Assembly (NCBI GenBank): GCA_963790475.1
Contig: CAWBOS010000012.1
Location: 1,344,001 to 1,408,000, forward strand
Source: an uncultured delta proteobacterium
GTDB taxonomy: Bacteria; Desulfobacterota; RBG-13-43-22
Reading direction: 5' to 3'
DNA: 64,000 nt
Below are positions 10,515 to 21,221 of the stretch, piece after piece. The stretch's first letter is position 1, and the number at the start of each line of letters is the position of its first letter. Both the position numbers and the translations under genes were made by a program. The notes under the pieces are model-generated. The model was not told where the DNA came from. It searched no databases and saw only the letters and a list, made by a program, of their open reading frames with translations.

Positions 10515-12948
10515 CTACGCCCGCATGATGTACTGGGCCACACCGTTTCGATGAACCCGGGTGACCATGCCCTCATTGACCATTTCCTGCAAACCGTGAA
10601 TCATGCTGTCTTTTTCCCATTTGAGGGTATCCATTAATTCCTTAAGTTCAAAGTAGCGTTTGTCGGCACTCAGGATATTTTTCAAGCGGGATTTGGTAAA
10701 TTCTTCCTTCAGGATTCCCAGAAAGTCCTTGTCAAAGGCCAGGGCGTTCCGCTGATCCCCGGGATAGGTTTCTTCCCAGGGACGGCGCAGCGTAGCTCCG
10801 ACAACCCAGCGGACCCGGGCGTTATTCACTGTGGAGTAAATCCCGGCCAGTTTTTCCCGATTGGCTTCGGTTCTTTCAATCGGTCCCAGGGCATTGATCT
10901 GCTGGATAAAGCTTTCCACAGTGGCAATATAATCTTCGGGACGATTGAGGTCCGAATGGGCCAGGGCGATCCGCCTCCGGTCAAAACCGCTGAAACTAAG
11001 CAGTTTTTTAATCATGGTAACCCGGCTCCAGGTATGATCCAGCCCAAAGGAATGATGGCAGTCCTCCGGAGGACAGCCGATGAGTATCAGGCCATTGGCC
11101 CCTTCCAGAAAGGCGCGGGCCATGACTGCCGGATCCAATTGACCGATACAGCCGACCCTCAAAAGATAGAGTCGGGGATCGTATTTCAATCCTTTGACCC
11201 CGGCATTATCCGCAGCTGCCAATCCTCCCCAATTGCACCCGAAACCCATCACTTCATTTTCGGAAAGTTGTCTGGCCAGGGCGGTTACCCGGGCCTCTCG
11301 CTGGAGAGACGTGTTGTTCTGCAGGATCAGGGCATGGTAGGGGCAGGCCGCAGCGCAGGTCCCGCCGCCGGTGCAGACCATGGGGTCCACTGTTCTGGGA
11401 ATACCACCCCCCAACCCTTCCACCGGAGCGATGCCTCCGCAATGACAGATCTCCTTGCACAGTCCGCAGCCGACGCAGAGGGACTGGTCAACCGTGCAGA
11501 CCATCCGGGGGGCATACAGTTCCCCCTTTTTGTCTTTTTCCACAATCTCCGCGGTTTGTGAGGCCGCCCTCCGGCCCTGACGCAGGGCTTCATGGAGATC
11601 GCAGGGGTACCGGGCGCTTCCGGCTAGATACATGGGTTCCCGGCCGACTTGTTCAGGCCGGACCTTTTCCTGTTTTACTTCCAGGAATTTTCCTTCTTCA
11701 CAATCCAGCCCCAAGACGCGGGCCACCCGGGTCACCTCAACCCCTAAAGAGCGTTTGGGGGAAAGGATCAATTTGTCCCAGGGCAGTTCGTATTCCAGGT
11801 GATCTTTGGGATCGCAATAGGTCACAAAACCGGTCTGCACGGTGGGACGCAAGGTCCCGTCAAAGGGGATCCAACGGATTTTCAATTGGCGGCTTATGCG
11901 GCGCTCCTCAGCCGATAAAGGAACGGCCATCTGATGATTGTAAAACATGGTGATATCGACGTCCTTGCGTTTTTCAGCCATATACCGGGCCATGGACCAG
12001 GCACAACGGGAGGAAAGATAGGCAAATTCCGGGGTACCTGATTCATAATCATTGATCCAAAAGACGATTTTTCCGGAAGGGACACCATGAACCCAAATCA
12101 TCTCCTCGGTTTCGGTGTGACAGATCACCGTCTTTCCATCGTGGCCGAAACTAGTGCCCTGATTGAGCATCTGTCCATCCAGACAAGCGATAATGGCTCC
12201 CACTTCATAGGTCCTGGGGGGGCCGCCGTTTTCCTCATTGGAAAAGGTGACCGTATATTGTCCGGTCCGGCCTTTCAGACCGCTTAACTCTCCTACGGTG
12301 ATCCGACGGACAAAGGGGCTTTGGCTTACTTCCTCCATGATTTTCCGCAACCGTTCATAATAATGGCGTTCTCCCGGATAATGTTCATGAAGCATCCGGA
12401 TTTCATCTTCATATTCATCGGTCTGAACGGCAATGATGCAATCAATCTCCCGGCGCAGGAGTTCCTGGGCGGCCGCATAAGTGGCAATCCCTCCCCCGAG
12501 GATCATGACCGGACCATTAAAGGAGATCTTTTCCTGAGGAGTGAGTTCCAGGGTGTCCAACCCGGCTACGGCAGCGCGGATCAGCTTGGCCCCCTTCAGC
12601 GGCCATTTCTTCGGGAGAAAGGGTATGGACCGCAGCCACATGATCGCGCAGGTTGACCATGTCCACCTGTCCCTCGAAAAACCCTTCTTTCATCATTTCC
12701 TTTTCTATTTTACCCAGGAGAATCCGGGCTTCACAACCGGCCACAACGATCCGATTGATGCCCTTTTCTTGAACGGTTTCTTTTAGGCGGGCCAATCCTG
12801 GTCCCGTGCAGGCAAAGGGAATTATTTCCGTATAATTCACCAGGGGATCTTCCTGAACCAATTGCTCCAAAGCGGCAAGATCGACTGTGGATTCAATACG
12901 GCGATCGCACTTACACAGGAAGACCCCGATGTTATTTTGAGTATTCAT
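10515..12948 (-). CDS. hdrA: Divergent HdrA-like flavoprotein fused to an MvhD domain; one-base frameshift near 12590
   Basis: IGVFLCKC/VVAGCEAR N-terminus joins the GGGIA ORF if one G of a G5 run is removed (2433 nt, 810 aa); two ferredoxin motifs; MvhD motifs GCNW, RVGCIG, GCPPEDCHH. Confidence 0.75.
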
Positions 12949-12983
12949 AAAACCTCCTTCTTTCAACTTTTCAGGAATAAGGA

Positions 12984-13577
12984 TCATGATTTGGGAGTAT
13001 CAACGGATCCGCGAACCGCATCCAACCTGGCTTGCATGGCCCCGGTGGGGCAAACCGTGACACAAGAACCACAAGCCACACAGTCTTCTGATGTTTTACC
13101 AAAAGGTGTTCCAATAACCTTGTGGACCCCTCGGCCGATGGTGGTGATGGCCGATACACCCACCACTTCCCGACAGACCCGGACACATAACCCGCAAACC
13201 ATGCACTGCTCTTTAGGATTCTTGATTGTAAAACGGGAAGAAGTTACTCCATATTCGGCAGCCAGTGCCTGGATCTCTTTGCTGGCCGGACATTCGGCCA
13301 AGAGCATTTCCAATACCCAACGGCGGACATTTTTTACCCGATCACTGTCCGTTAACACCACCATCCCTTCTTTTACCGGATACATGCAGGAAATGACCAC
13401 CTTGGACCAATTCCCTTCCACTACTTCGACTACACATAATCGACAGCCGCCACTGGGCTCTACAGATTCATGATAACAGAGTGTGGGGATGTGTATCCCA
13501 TGTTCTCTGGCAGCGTCCAGAACGGTCCATTCGGGAAGAGCTTCCACTTCCTGTTCATTAATTTTAAACTTGAGCAT
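12984..13577 (-). CDS. NuoG-N/HoxU-like 2Fe-2S/4Fe-4S subunit
   Basis: IPTLC, GGCRLCVVE, CMVCGLCVRVC, CVACGSCVTVCP; no catalytic domain. Confidence 0.88.
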   Translation of the reverse strand: MLKFKINEQEVEALPEWTVLDAAREHGIHIPTLCYHESVEPSGGCRLCVVEVVEGNWSKVVISCMYPVKEGMVVLTDSDRVKNVRRWVLEMLLAECPASKEIQALAAEYGVTSSRFTIKNPKEQCMVCGLCVRVCREVVGVSAITTIGRGVHKVIGTPFGKTSEDCVACGSCVTVCPTGAMQARLDAVRGSVDTPKS

Positions 13578-13616
13578 ATTTCAAACCTCCTCTATTATAA
13601 AAGCCTGCCGATGGGA

Positions 13617-15479
13617 TCAAAAGACCTGCACGGCTTCAAATTTACAGGAATCCATACAAACACCGCAACGGATACATTTTTCGGCTTCGATCTGATGGGG
13701 TTTTTTCCTTTCACCGCTGATACATTTTTGGGGACAATTCCGGGCGCAAAGCATACAGCCGGTGCATTTTTCGGGATCGATTTGAAAGGTAATCAAATCC
13801 TTACATACACCAGCCGGACATTTTTTGTCGACAATATGGGAAACATATTCATCGCGAAAATACCGGATGGTGGTTAGAACCGGATTAGGAGCACTTCCTC
13901 CTAAGGCACATAAAGAACCGTCTTGAATGGCTTTGGCCAGACTTTCCAATTCATCGATATCCTCTAGACATCCCTCACCCCTGGAAAATCTTTCTAAAAA
14001 TTCAAGCATCCCTTTTAATCCCAATCGGCAGGGGAGACATTTGCCACAGGATTCATCTTCTAAAAACTTTAGAAAGTAACGGGCGATATCGACCACGCAA
14101 TCCTTATCGTCCATGACGATCATCCCCCCCGAGCCCATCATGGAACCAACTTTTGTTAGAGAATCAAAATCGACGGCCACATCTTTTAAGGAGTAAGGTA
14201 TGCATCCTCCCGATGGTCCCCCTGTTTGGACGGCTTTAAATTGATCCTTGCCTGGAATTCCTCCTCCGATATCTTCAACAATTCTTGAAAGGGGGACGCC
14301 CATGGGAACTTCGATTAAACCTACGTTTTTAACTTTCCCTACAAGTGAAAAGGCTTTTGTTCCTGTGCTGCTTGATGGTCCTATTTTGGAATACCACTCG
14401 CCGCCCTTGTCAATAATTACCGGAACATTGGACCAAGTTTCCACATTATTCAACACGGTGGGCCGATTCCATAATCCCCTTTCAACCGATCTTATATATT
14501 TAGCCCGAGGTTCCCCGGCCCTACCTTCAATAGAGGTGAACAGGGCTGTAGATTCACCGCAGACAAAGGCCCCGGCCCCACGGTTTATTTGAAGGTCAAA
14601 GTCAAAATCAGTTCCTAAAATATTCTTCCCCAACAGGCCTAAACTCCTGGCCTGATCTATGGCCCTAGCCAAGTTTTTAATCGCAATAGGATATTCGGCT
14701 CGGACATAGAGAAATCCTTGATTCGCCCCTATAGCGTATGCCCCTATCAGCATACCTTCTATAACGGCATGAGGGTCCCCCTCCATGATCGCCCGATCCA
14801 TAAAAGCTCCAGGGTCTCCCTCGTCTCCATTGCAAACCACATAGGCTGCCCCAGGGTTTGTTTTAAGAGCGTTTATTGCGGAACGCCATTTACGGCCGGT
14901 TGGAAACCCGGCACCTCCCCGCCCGCGTAATCCGGAGATCTCCATTTCTTTAATGACCTGGTCCGGGGTCATACCGGTTAAAGCCTTGGCAGCAGCCTGA
15001 TAGGCCCCGTTAATCAAGGCATCTTCTAATGATAACGGATCGATCAACCCCAAATTTCTGGTGGCGATCTTCTGCTGCATTTTATAAAAGGGAATGGAAG
15101 CCGAATCTTTGAACGTTGTGCCGTTTTCGCTATACAAAAGTCTTTCAATAACTTCGCCCTTAATAAGGGTTCGTTCAACAATTTCTGCAGCATCCTCCGG
15201 TTTCACATTTATATAGAAAAGATCCGCGGGGCTTATGGTTAACAAAGGACCTACCTTGCAAAAACCGTGACATCCCGTTTCTTTCGTCACGGGTTCAATC
15301 TTAATTTCCTGCCCCTTCGCTTTACAGGCTTTTTTAAGAGCGGCCACAACCTTATCCGCCCCTTGGGCGAGGCAGCCGGGGCCTAAGCAAACCCTTAATA
15401 CCGGCTGGTTTAGATCTAAATTGGCGATGGTTTGGTCTTTCAATGACTTGAGTTGTTCAATGTTTTCTACTTTATCCAT
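13617..15479 (-). CDS. nuoF: NuoF/HydB-type NAD(H)-binding flavoprotein
   Basis: GLRGRGGAGFPTG, NGDEGDPGAFMDR, GAFVCGE, ESCGKC, HIVDKKCPAGVC, C-terminal 2x4Fe-4S. Confidence 0.92.
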   Translation of the reverse strand: MDKVENIEQLKSLKDQTIANLDLNQPVLRVCLGPGCLAQGADKVVAALKKACKAKGQEIKIEPVTKETGCHGFCKVGPLLTISPADLFYINVKPEDAAEIVERTLIKGEVIERLLYSENGTTFKDSASIPFYKMQQKIATRNLGLIDPLSLEDALINGAYQAAAKALTGMTPDQVIKEMEISGLRGRGGAGFPTGRKWRSAINALKTNPGAAYVVCNGDEGDPGAFMDRAIMEGDPHAVIEGMLIGAYAIGANQGFLYVRAEYPIAIKNLARAIDQARSLGLLGKNILGTDFDFDLQINRGAGAFVCGESTALFTSIEGRAGEPRAKYIRSVERGLWNRPTVLNNVETWSNVPVIIDKGGEWYSKIGPSSSTGTKAFSLVGKVKNVGLIEVPMGVPLSRIVEDIGGGIPGKDQFKAVQTGGPSGGCIPYSLKDVAVDFDSLTKVGSMMGSGGMIVMDDKDCVVDIARYFLKFLEDESCGKCLPCRLGLKGMLEFLERFSRGEGCLEDIDELESLAKAIQDGSLCALGGSAPNPVLTTIRYFRDEYVSHIVDKKCPAGVCKDLITFQIDPEKCTGCMLCARNCPQKCISGERKKPHQIEAEKCIRCGVCMDSCKFEAVQVF

Positions 15480-15503
15480 TTTTTTCTCCTGTTAGGGGGC
15501 ATT

Positions 15504-15962
15504 CTATTCAAATTTCTTCAAATACCTTCTGACCGCATTTTGGGTGGCTCCCCCCAAATAATCGTCATCAACCATTACGACCGGAGCCAAGGCGCAGGCT
15601 CCCAGACAATTGACCGTTTCCAATGTGAACTTCAGGTCCGCGGTGGTGTGTCCTCGATCCACTCCCATATCTCTCTCTAAGCCTTCGGCAATACGCTCTC
15701 CTCCTTTTAAATGACAGGCTGTCCCGAGGCAAACCCTAATTTCATGCTCCCCTTTTGGTTCAAGGCTAAAAGATTTGTAAAAAGTGGCTACAGCATAGGC
15801 TTGGGTCAAGGGTACGCCTACATGGTCACAAACAAGGGTCATAGCTTCAGGGGAGATATAATTATAAGCAGCCTGGATGTCCTGCAGGAGAAAAATTAAT
15901 GATTCGGCCTTCCCCGGATGGCGTTCAATAATGTCATCAATATCTACATGTTCTTTGATCAC
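15504..15962 (-). CDS. nuoE: NuoE/HydC-type 2Fe-2S subunit
   Basis: VCLGTACHLKG, NCLGACALAP; GTG start with RBS GGAGG. Confidence 0.9.
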   Translation of the reverse strand: MIKEHVDIDDIIERHPGKAESLIFLLQDIQAAYNYISPEAMTLVCDHVGVPLTQAYAVATFYKSFSLEPKGEHEIRVCLGTACHLKGGERIAEGLERDMGVDRGHTTADLKFTLETVNCLGACALAPVVMVDDDYLGGATQNAVRRYLKKFE

Positions 15963-15991
15963 TGTTAGACCTCCTTAAATTTATCTTAATA

Positions 15992-17398
15992 GAGCCTTTT
16001 GCAAAACTTATAAAAACTGCATGATGAAATATATCAGCAGGCGGTTATCCCAGTCGATTTAGAAATTTTGGGTCTTTCTTAACGACGATAGTCAGATTTG
16101 AGACTTTGGTAACAATTTTCAGGCATAGTTCTCCTCCTGACCTGAACTTTTCACCCCGTTCTTTGAAAATTTACTCAGGAAGCCAACTTTATCAACTGAT
16201 CCGCAAAGAGCGCCAGGACGCCAAACATGAGATGGAGATTGACTTTCAAGGCTCCTCGGACCATGACATTCTTGGCACCGAACTCTTCTTTTAACCGGCT
16301 ATTGAACCGTTCTGATGCTGTCCTTCCATTAAATCTTCTGGCCTCGTGGGGAGCCATAGGGATCACATCCTTACCGCGGAAGTTCTTGTCGATAATGGGC
16401 ACATGTCCCAGAGCTCTGCTGATTGCATAGATAGATCCAGCGTCATAAGCGGCATCCATCAAATCATAAAGATAATCCACCTTGGAACTAGTCATCTTCA
16501 TTAACGGTATAGCGACCTGGCTGTCATGAAGCGATGCTGCGGTCAAGACGACACTCACCGGCAATCCGCAATCATTAACATCGGCATGGAGTTTATACCC
16601 GACCCAGGTCTCTTTGTACCCTTTGGAGTTCTTCTTGGTCCCTACGTCGCAGTAAACCGGCAATTCTTTTAAGGCCTCTTCAACTGATTGCTCTCGTTGC
16701 CTGGTCAAGCGTTTGTCTTCCTTGGAATCACGGAGTTCTCCCTTGACTGGACGTCCTCTCTTCTTCGGCGCAGGCTTTTCTTTTACAGGCTTCTTAGTCG
16801 GCTTTTCCCGACCTTCTATGGCCGTTGCGTCTCGGGATATATGACCAACCAGTTCCGGCTTTAAACAACGTTCCACCAGGGCTTCGTGAACTTTTTCGCC
16901 AAGCCCCCCTTCGGCAAACTCCGCAAAGGCCCTGGAAAAAGTGGCCTCAGAGGGAATGTCGGATACCTTTTCGAACCCGCAGATGCGTCTTACATTAGAC
17001 GTCGTTTTCAAATGTTCAATGGTTGATCTGGTGAAGGAATGGTTATAGACCGTCTTGGCCACAAAAGCCCGCGCTATCGCTTGGCGCTCAAGGATCTTCC
17101 TCCCCATCCACTGATTTAAAGAACTCCGGGGAACATATCTTTCAACCTCAACCAGTTCCAATATCGTCACCAGCCGTTCCTCTTTTTCAGTCAAAGGCTG
17201 TTCCCAACATTCTTCTAAATCGGAAAATAAACCTTGTTGCAATCTACCCCTTAACCATGATACTTTTTTCCAGAGCTTCATCGGTGTCTCCTGTGTTTTT
17301 TTGTGTTCTTTCTAAACATCATCTTAACACAGAACCACCGCTGAGGCTCACTCTTTATGCTTGTCTATTCCCTAAAAATAGACTTTTGCAAGAGGCTC
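15992..17398 (-). mobile_element. Intact insertion sequence (IS5/IS1182-like), 1407 bp
   Basis: Terminal inverted repeats GAGCCTTTTGCAAAACT / GAGCCTCTTGCAAAAGT; 4-bp direct repeat AATA at 15988-15991 and 17399-17402. Confidence 0.9.
16175..17281 (-). CDS. DDE transposase
   Basis: SRDATAI, GYKLH, LMDAAYD, RTASERFNSRLK; lies inside the inverted repeats. Confidence 0.92.
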   Translation of the reverse strand: MKLWKKVSWLRGRLQQGLFSDLEECWEQPLTEKEERLVTILELVEVERYVPRSSLNQWMGRKILERQAIARAFVAKTVYNHSFTRSTIEHLKTTSNVRRICGFEKVSDIPSEATFSRAFAEFAEGGLGEKVHEALVERCLKPELVGHISRDATAIEGREKPTKKPVKEKPAPKKRGRPVKGELRDSKEDKRLTRQREQSVEEALKELPVYCDVGTKKNSKGYKETWVGYKLHADVNDCGLPVSVVLTAASLHDSQVAIPLMKMTSSKVDYLYDLMDAAYDAGSIYAISRALGHVPIIDKNFRGKDVIPMAPHEARRFNGRTASERFNSRLKEEFGAKNVMVRGALKVNLHLMFGVLALFADQLIKLAS

Positions 17399-17456
17399 AA
17401 TAGAATTCAATAATACTTTACCGAAAAACAATTTTCATCTTCTTTAAACACTATCA

Positions 17457-17474
17457 TTGCAATAGAAGGGCCAA
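17457..17474 (-). promoter_or_regulatory. Sigma54 promoter of the nuoEFG-hdrA operon
   Basis: Minus strand TTGGCCCTTCTATTGCAA matches TGGCAC-N5-TTGCW. Confidence 0.75.
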
Positions 17475-17535
17475 CAAATTAACACTATGTTATTCTTTGT
17501 TTTATTTGTAGAGAGACTAGACTTTAGAATCTGCT

Positions 17536-17663
17536 TGAAACATTATTTGTTTCAGTTTATACATGAGAATATTGCTTTATTATTATTTTTTGGGGTATTT
17601 TTGATGGAAGTTATTATATTGGCATGAAATGTTTCATTGTAACATTTGAAACAAATTGAAACA
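17536..17663. promoter_or_regulatory. Putative enhancer (UAS) sites for the adjacent sigma54 activator
   Basis: Palindrome TGAAACA-N5-TGTTTCA plus further TGTTTCA/TGAAACA half-sites at 17630-17663. Confidence 0.55.
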
Positions 17664-17668
17664 AACAG

Positions 17669-19450
17669 CTAAATTAGTTCAAATTGCTTCATCTTGCGCC
17701 AGAGAGAAGTTCGGCTGAGACCTAAGAGGGCTGCAGCTTTTTCACGTCTTCCCCCGGTCCGGTTCAGGGCATTTTGGATGGTTTCGAGGTCGAGTTCCCT
17801 CCCTATTTCCGGTAGGTTTTCTATCTGCCGTTCCTGAAAGAATTCATCCATGGACGGGAGATTGTTAAGGAAAATGACAGGTCCTTTAACAAAGACATAA
17901 GCATGTTCCAAGACCCTTTCCAGTTCGCGCACATTGCCGGGCCAGGAATGGGTCATAAACAGCCGTAAAACCTTAGGGTCTAAGCCTCGGACCTCCTTTT
18001 TGTATTTTTTATTAAGGCGGGCCATAAAATGTTCGATCAGCAGGGGGATGTCTTCCCGGCGTTCTCGAAGAGGCGGGATGGTTATAGGCACGGTTCGAAG
18101 CCGGTAAAAGAGGTCTTCCCGAAAGGTGCTCTCTCTAAGGGCCTTGGCCAGGTCCCGGTTGGTGGCGCTGATGATCCGGGCCTGCATGTGGATCAATCGG
18201 GTCCCGCCAACCCTTTCAAAAACTCTTTGTTCTATAACTCTGAGAAGCTTCACCTGAAGTTCCGGTTTGAGTTCGCCTATCTCGTCCAGAAACAAGGTGC
18301 CGCCCCGGGCTAATTCAAAACGTCCAACCTTGGACCGAACCGCACCAGTGAAGGCTGCTTTTTCATGACCAAACAACTCCGATTCCAAGAGGGATTCAGC
18401 CAGCGCCGAGCAATTGACGGCGATGAAAGGGCCTTCCTTGTAAGGAGATTGACTATGAATAGCCCGGGCGATCAGTTCTTTCCCCGTACCGCTTTCTCCC
18501 TGGATAAGGACATTGACATCACTGGCAGCCAGGTCGGGGAGCATCTGAAATAGGCGAGTCATTGGAGCACTCTTGCCAATGATATCCGAAGGGAATGATT
18601 TGTGCGGAGAGGGTTCGAGGTTCTCATGCATTTCCATCAAAGGGCGGAAGGATTCCACAGCCCCGATGACCAGACCGCCGCGGTCCCGGACCACGCTGGT
18701 ATTGACCAGGACAGGGAGTTTGGTCCCTTTTTTGTCGAGCATCCGGACGTCCTGATCCAATCGGGTGATTCCTGTTTCCAGGGTAAGGCGTAATGGACAA
18801 TCCGACTGGCAGAGATCGGATCGGAAAATCTCCCAACAGAAACGCCCCAACACTTCGTCCTTCTGATAGCCTGTTATTTTTTCCGCGGTTTGATTAAAAG
18901 AAATAATCCGCCAGCGGGAATTAATGGTAAAAATACCCTCGGCCAATTGCTCTAATAGCGATTCGAAACCCAGGGTTGGCATTTGAGGTAATAAACCCGG
19001 ATCAGTGAAAGATCGCGGTTGAATAGCTGCGTAATCGGCATCCAAGAAGCTTACTATGACACCGATGACTTGTTTCCCCGGGCCGAAAATGGGATTGGCC
19101 GAGTAGAGGCAATTAAAAGAATTCCCCTGGGCGTCTTCGGCTCTGGCCGGCATATTTTGTGTACCATCTCCTTTTCCCAGGGCGTTATCCAGGGCGGATT
19201 GGGCTTCGGTTAAATAAGGTCCATGAAGTAGGTTTTCCAACAAAAAGTGTTCCCCGGGCATCATTTCCTGATTGAAGAGACGCCGGGCTGTTTCATTGGA
19301 ACCCATAATCCTGGATTTTCGATCCAGGACCACGGTGGCCTCTCCCGCCAGGAGGACTTGTGAACTTTCTTCCGCGCCGTTTTCTGGGTCGGATACCGGA
19401 TCATCCCTGGTTTGTTCGGAAGTGGGTTTTTTAATAATGTTGCTTTGCAT
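17669..19450 (-). CDS. Double-PAS sigma54-dependent activator (Fis family)
   Basis: GESGTGKE, ESELFGH, AAFTGA, LFLDEIG, WPGNVREL, C-terminal HTH; start uncertain. Confidence 0.92.
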   Translation of the reverse strand: MQSNIIKKPTSEQTRDDPVSDPENGAEESSQVLLAGEATVVLDRKSRIMGSNETARRLFNQEMMPGEHFLLENLLHGPYLTEAQSALDNALGKGDGTQNMPARAEDAQGNSFNCLYSANPIFGPGKQVIGVIVSFLDADYAAIQPRSFTDPGLLPQMPTLGFESLLEQLAEGIFTINSRWRIISFNQTAEKITGYQKDEVLGRFCWEIFRSDLCQSDCPLRLTLETGITRLDQDVRMLDKKGTKLPVLVNTSVVRDRGGLVIGAVESFRPLMEMHENLEPSPHKSFPSDIIGKSAPMTRLFQMLPDLAASDVNVLIQGESGTGKELIARAIHSQSPYKEGPFIAVNCSALAESLLESELFGHEKAAFTGAVRSKVGRFELARGGTLFLDEIGELKPELQVKLLRVIEQRVFERVGGTRLIHMQARIISATNRDLAKALRESTFREDLFYRLRTVPITIPPLRERREDIPLLIEHFMARLNKKYKKEVRGLDPKVLRLFMTHSWPGNVRELERVLEHAYVFVKGPVIFLNNLPSMDEFFQERQIENLPEIGRELDLETIQNALNRTGGRREKAAALLGLSRTSLWRKMKQFELI

Positions 19451-19724
19451 TACTTTGTGTTTCCCCAAACCACTTCTCTCGCCCGCTTTCTGCGGTCGTT
19501 CGAGCGCACTGAACACACAAAGGAATCATTATTCCGTTGCGTTTGAGAAGACTGCAATGGAAGCCTCTCGGCCTGCGGTATCCAAGGGTTCAGGCTTCCC
19601 CTTCGCTGGATGTAAAATAATTCCTGCGAAAGGGGAATGAAATGGATTATTCAGAAGCGATCCCTGATGGCTTCCGATTGACTCGGTGAACTCTGTGGGT
19701 TCTGCAAGAGATACAATTCTCTAA

Positions 19725-20009
19725 TTAAGATTGCCCTTTTTTATTCGAGGATCGGCTTAAAATTCGTTTCAGTTCGTCGTCTTCCAGAAAAGAAGAGACA
19801 TTCCAACAAAAGGCCCGGAGTTCCTGACTATCCAAGCCCGGTTGCAACAATCTCAGAACTTCCTGGTACCCCCGGGTCTTCACCAGGGTTACCACTTCTT
19901 TAAGTTCAATTATCGATGCTGAATCTCCATTTTGATGGGCTCTTTCATAAGCCTTACAAAGATTATTGACTCTGGTAACCGAACAGCGTTTGCAACTTCG
20001 ATCTTCCAT
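19725..20009 (-). CDS. Hypothetical protein with N-terminal CxxC
   Basis: 94-aa ORF with ATG, on the same strand as its neighbours. Confidence 0.5.
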   Translation of the reverse strand: MEDRSCKRCSVTRVNNLCKAYERAHQNGDSASIIELKEVVTLVKTRGYQEVLRLLQPGLDSQELRAFCWNVSSFLEDDELKRILSRSSNKKGQS

Positions 20010-20156
20010 AAGCCGAATCCTTTACCTTGGGGAATTATCAGGTTCTCTGAGGCATGGCGTAAATTATACACGGTGTAGGAGGCGGGGTCAAACAACTTTG
20101 ATGGACTTAATGCGATTTCAATATCAAATATCACAAATTTGTAGTCGGCTGCATGA

Positions 20157-20783
20157 TTATTTTGCAGATCCCACGGTAAAATTCCCGGCCTTGAGTTCTC
20201 TCAGTAGGTCGGCCTCCGTGTCGATATTTTTTTTAAAATCGGTCACCCAGGTTCCCAGGGCGCCGATCTCATGAGCGTCACTTCCGGCGGTTCCCGGGAG
20301 CCCCAGCCTTTCGGCTACGTTTCCGGCGACTTCGTTTTCTTTCTCCGTCACCCGGCCGTTTCTTATTTCAACCGCATCCACGAATTGCAAACTTTTCTTT
20401 TTACAAGCCTGATCCAGGGTCAGTCCCAGTTGGCCCACCCCGAACATCTTGAACCCGCGAAAAGGATGGGCGGCAATGGAAAATCCATTGACAGATTTAA
20501 CGATCTCGCTCAACTCCTGAATCGTGATGATTCCCAGAATATTGCTCTCAAGACCGAAAACAAGGACATCGCCCTGGGCGGTGGTGATTTCATTCCCTCT
20601 GAATATTCTGATCCCCTTATTTTCGGCCAATCCCACCACCTCATCCCAATCCCACATTACTTGATGTTCGGTGAGGCAAAAACCGTCCAGACCGATCCGT
20701 TTCGCCTCCTGAATCAGTTCCGCCGGATTGATGTTGCTGCAGGAAGAGCGGGGGTAGGTGTGAACATGAAGATCAATAAGCAT
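20157..20783 (-). CDS. PHP-domain metal-dependent phosphoesterase
   Basis: DLHVHT, LTEH, AAHPFR, GSDAH. Confidence 0.9.
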   Translation of the reverse strand: MLIDLHVHTYPRSSCSNINPAELIQEAKRIGLDGFCLTEHQVMWDWDEVVGLAENKGIRIFRGNEITTAQGDVLVFGLESNILGIITIQELSEIVKSVNGFSIAAHPFRGFKMFGVGQLGLTLDQACKKKSLQFVDAVEIRNGRVTEKENEVAGNVAERLGLPGTAGSDAHEIGALGTWVTDFKKNIDTEADLLRELKAGNFTVGSAK

Positions 20784-20794
20784 CGGCGGCCCTT

Positions 20795-21211
20795 CTATCG
20801 TTGTCGGCCGGCCAGAAAATCTTCCTGATCCAGCTCCGGGTTTTCTTTGAGGGCCTTGGACAAATCTCTGGATAAAACGGCCGAATTAAGGCACCGACCG
20901 CATTCAATGATGATCTCGGCCAGATGTTCACAACCCTTTCGGCCTATCTCTCTCATCACCTTTTTATCCCATTCCGCCTCCCGCAAGGATAACCCGACGG
21001 CTGCTGGAAGGACTGAAATGGCCTGGGGACACACGAAATTAGTATAGCGCTTCATATTTCCCTGAAGCCGCAGTATGGTTCCGTCATCTATCCGCACATC
21101 CATGGAAATTTCCATGCCGTAAATATGATCCTCCTGGATCCCGTTGAATCGAATGGTGTTGTCGTCCAGAAATTCAGCACCGACCACTTGGGTTCGTTGA
21201 AAGGTTATCAT
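20795..21211 (-). CDS. DUF2889-like protein
   Basis: F-x-R start, CPQA and GRKGCEHL motifs; similar to the neighbouring gene. Confidence 0.6.
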   Translation of the reverse strand: MITFQRTQVVGAEFLDDNTIRFNGIQEDHIYGMEISMDVRIDDGTILRLQGNMKRYTNFVCPQAISVLPAAVGLSLREAEWDKKVMREIGRKGCEHLAEIIIECGRCLNSAVLSRDLSKALKENPELDQEDFLAGRQR

Positions 21212-21221
21212 GTTTTTCTCC

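Noticed and set aside
10515-11280. Selenocysteine in the MvhD/HdrA fusion
   Set aside because: No in-frame TGA; the break at about 12590 is a frameshift
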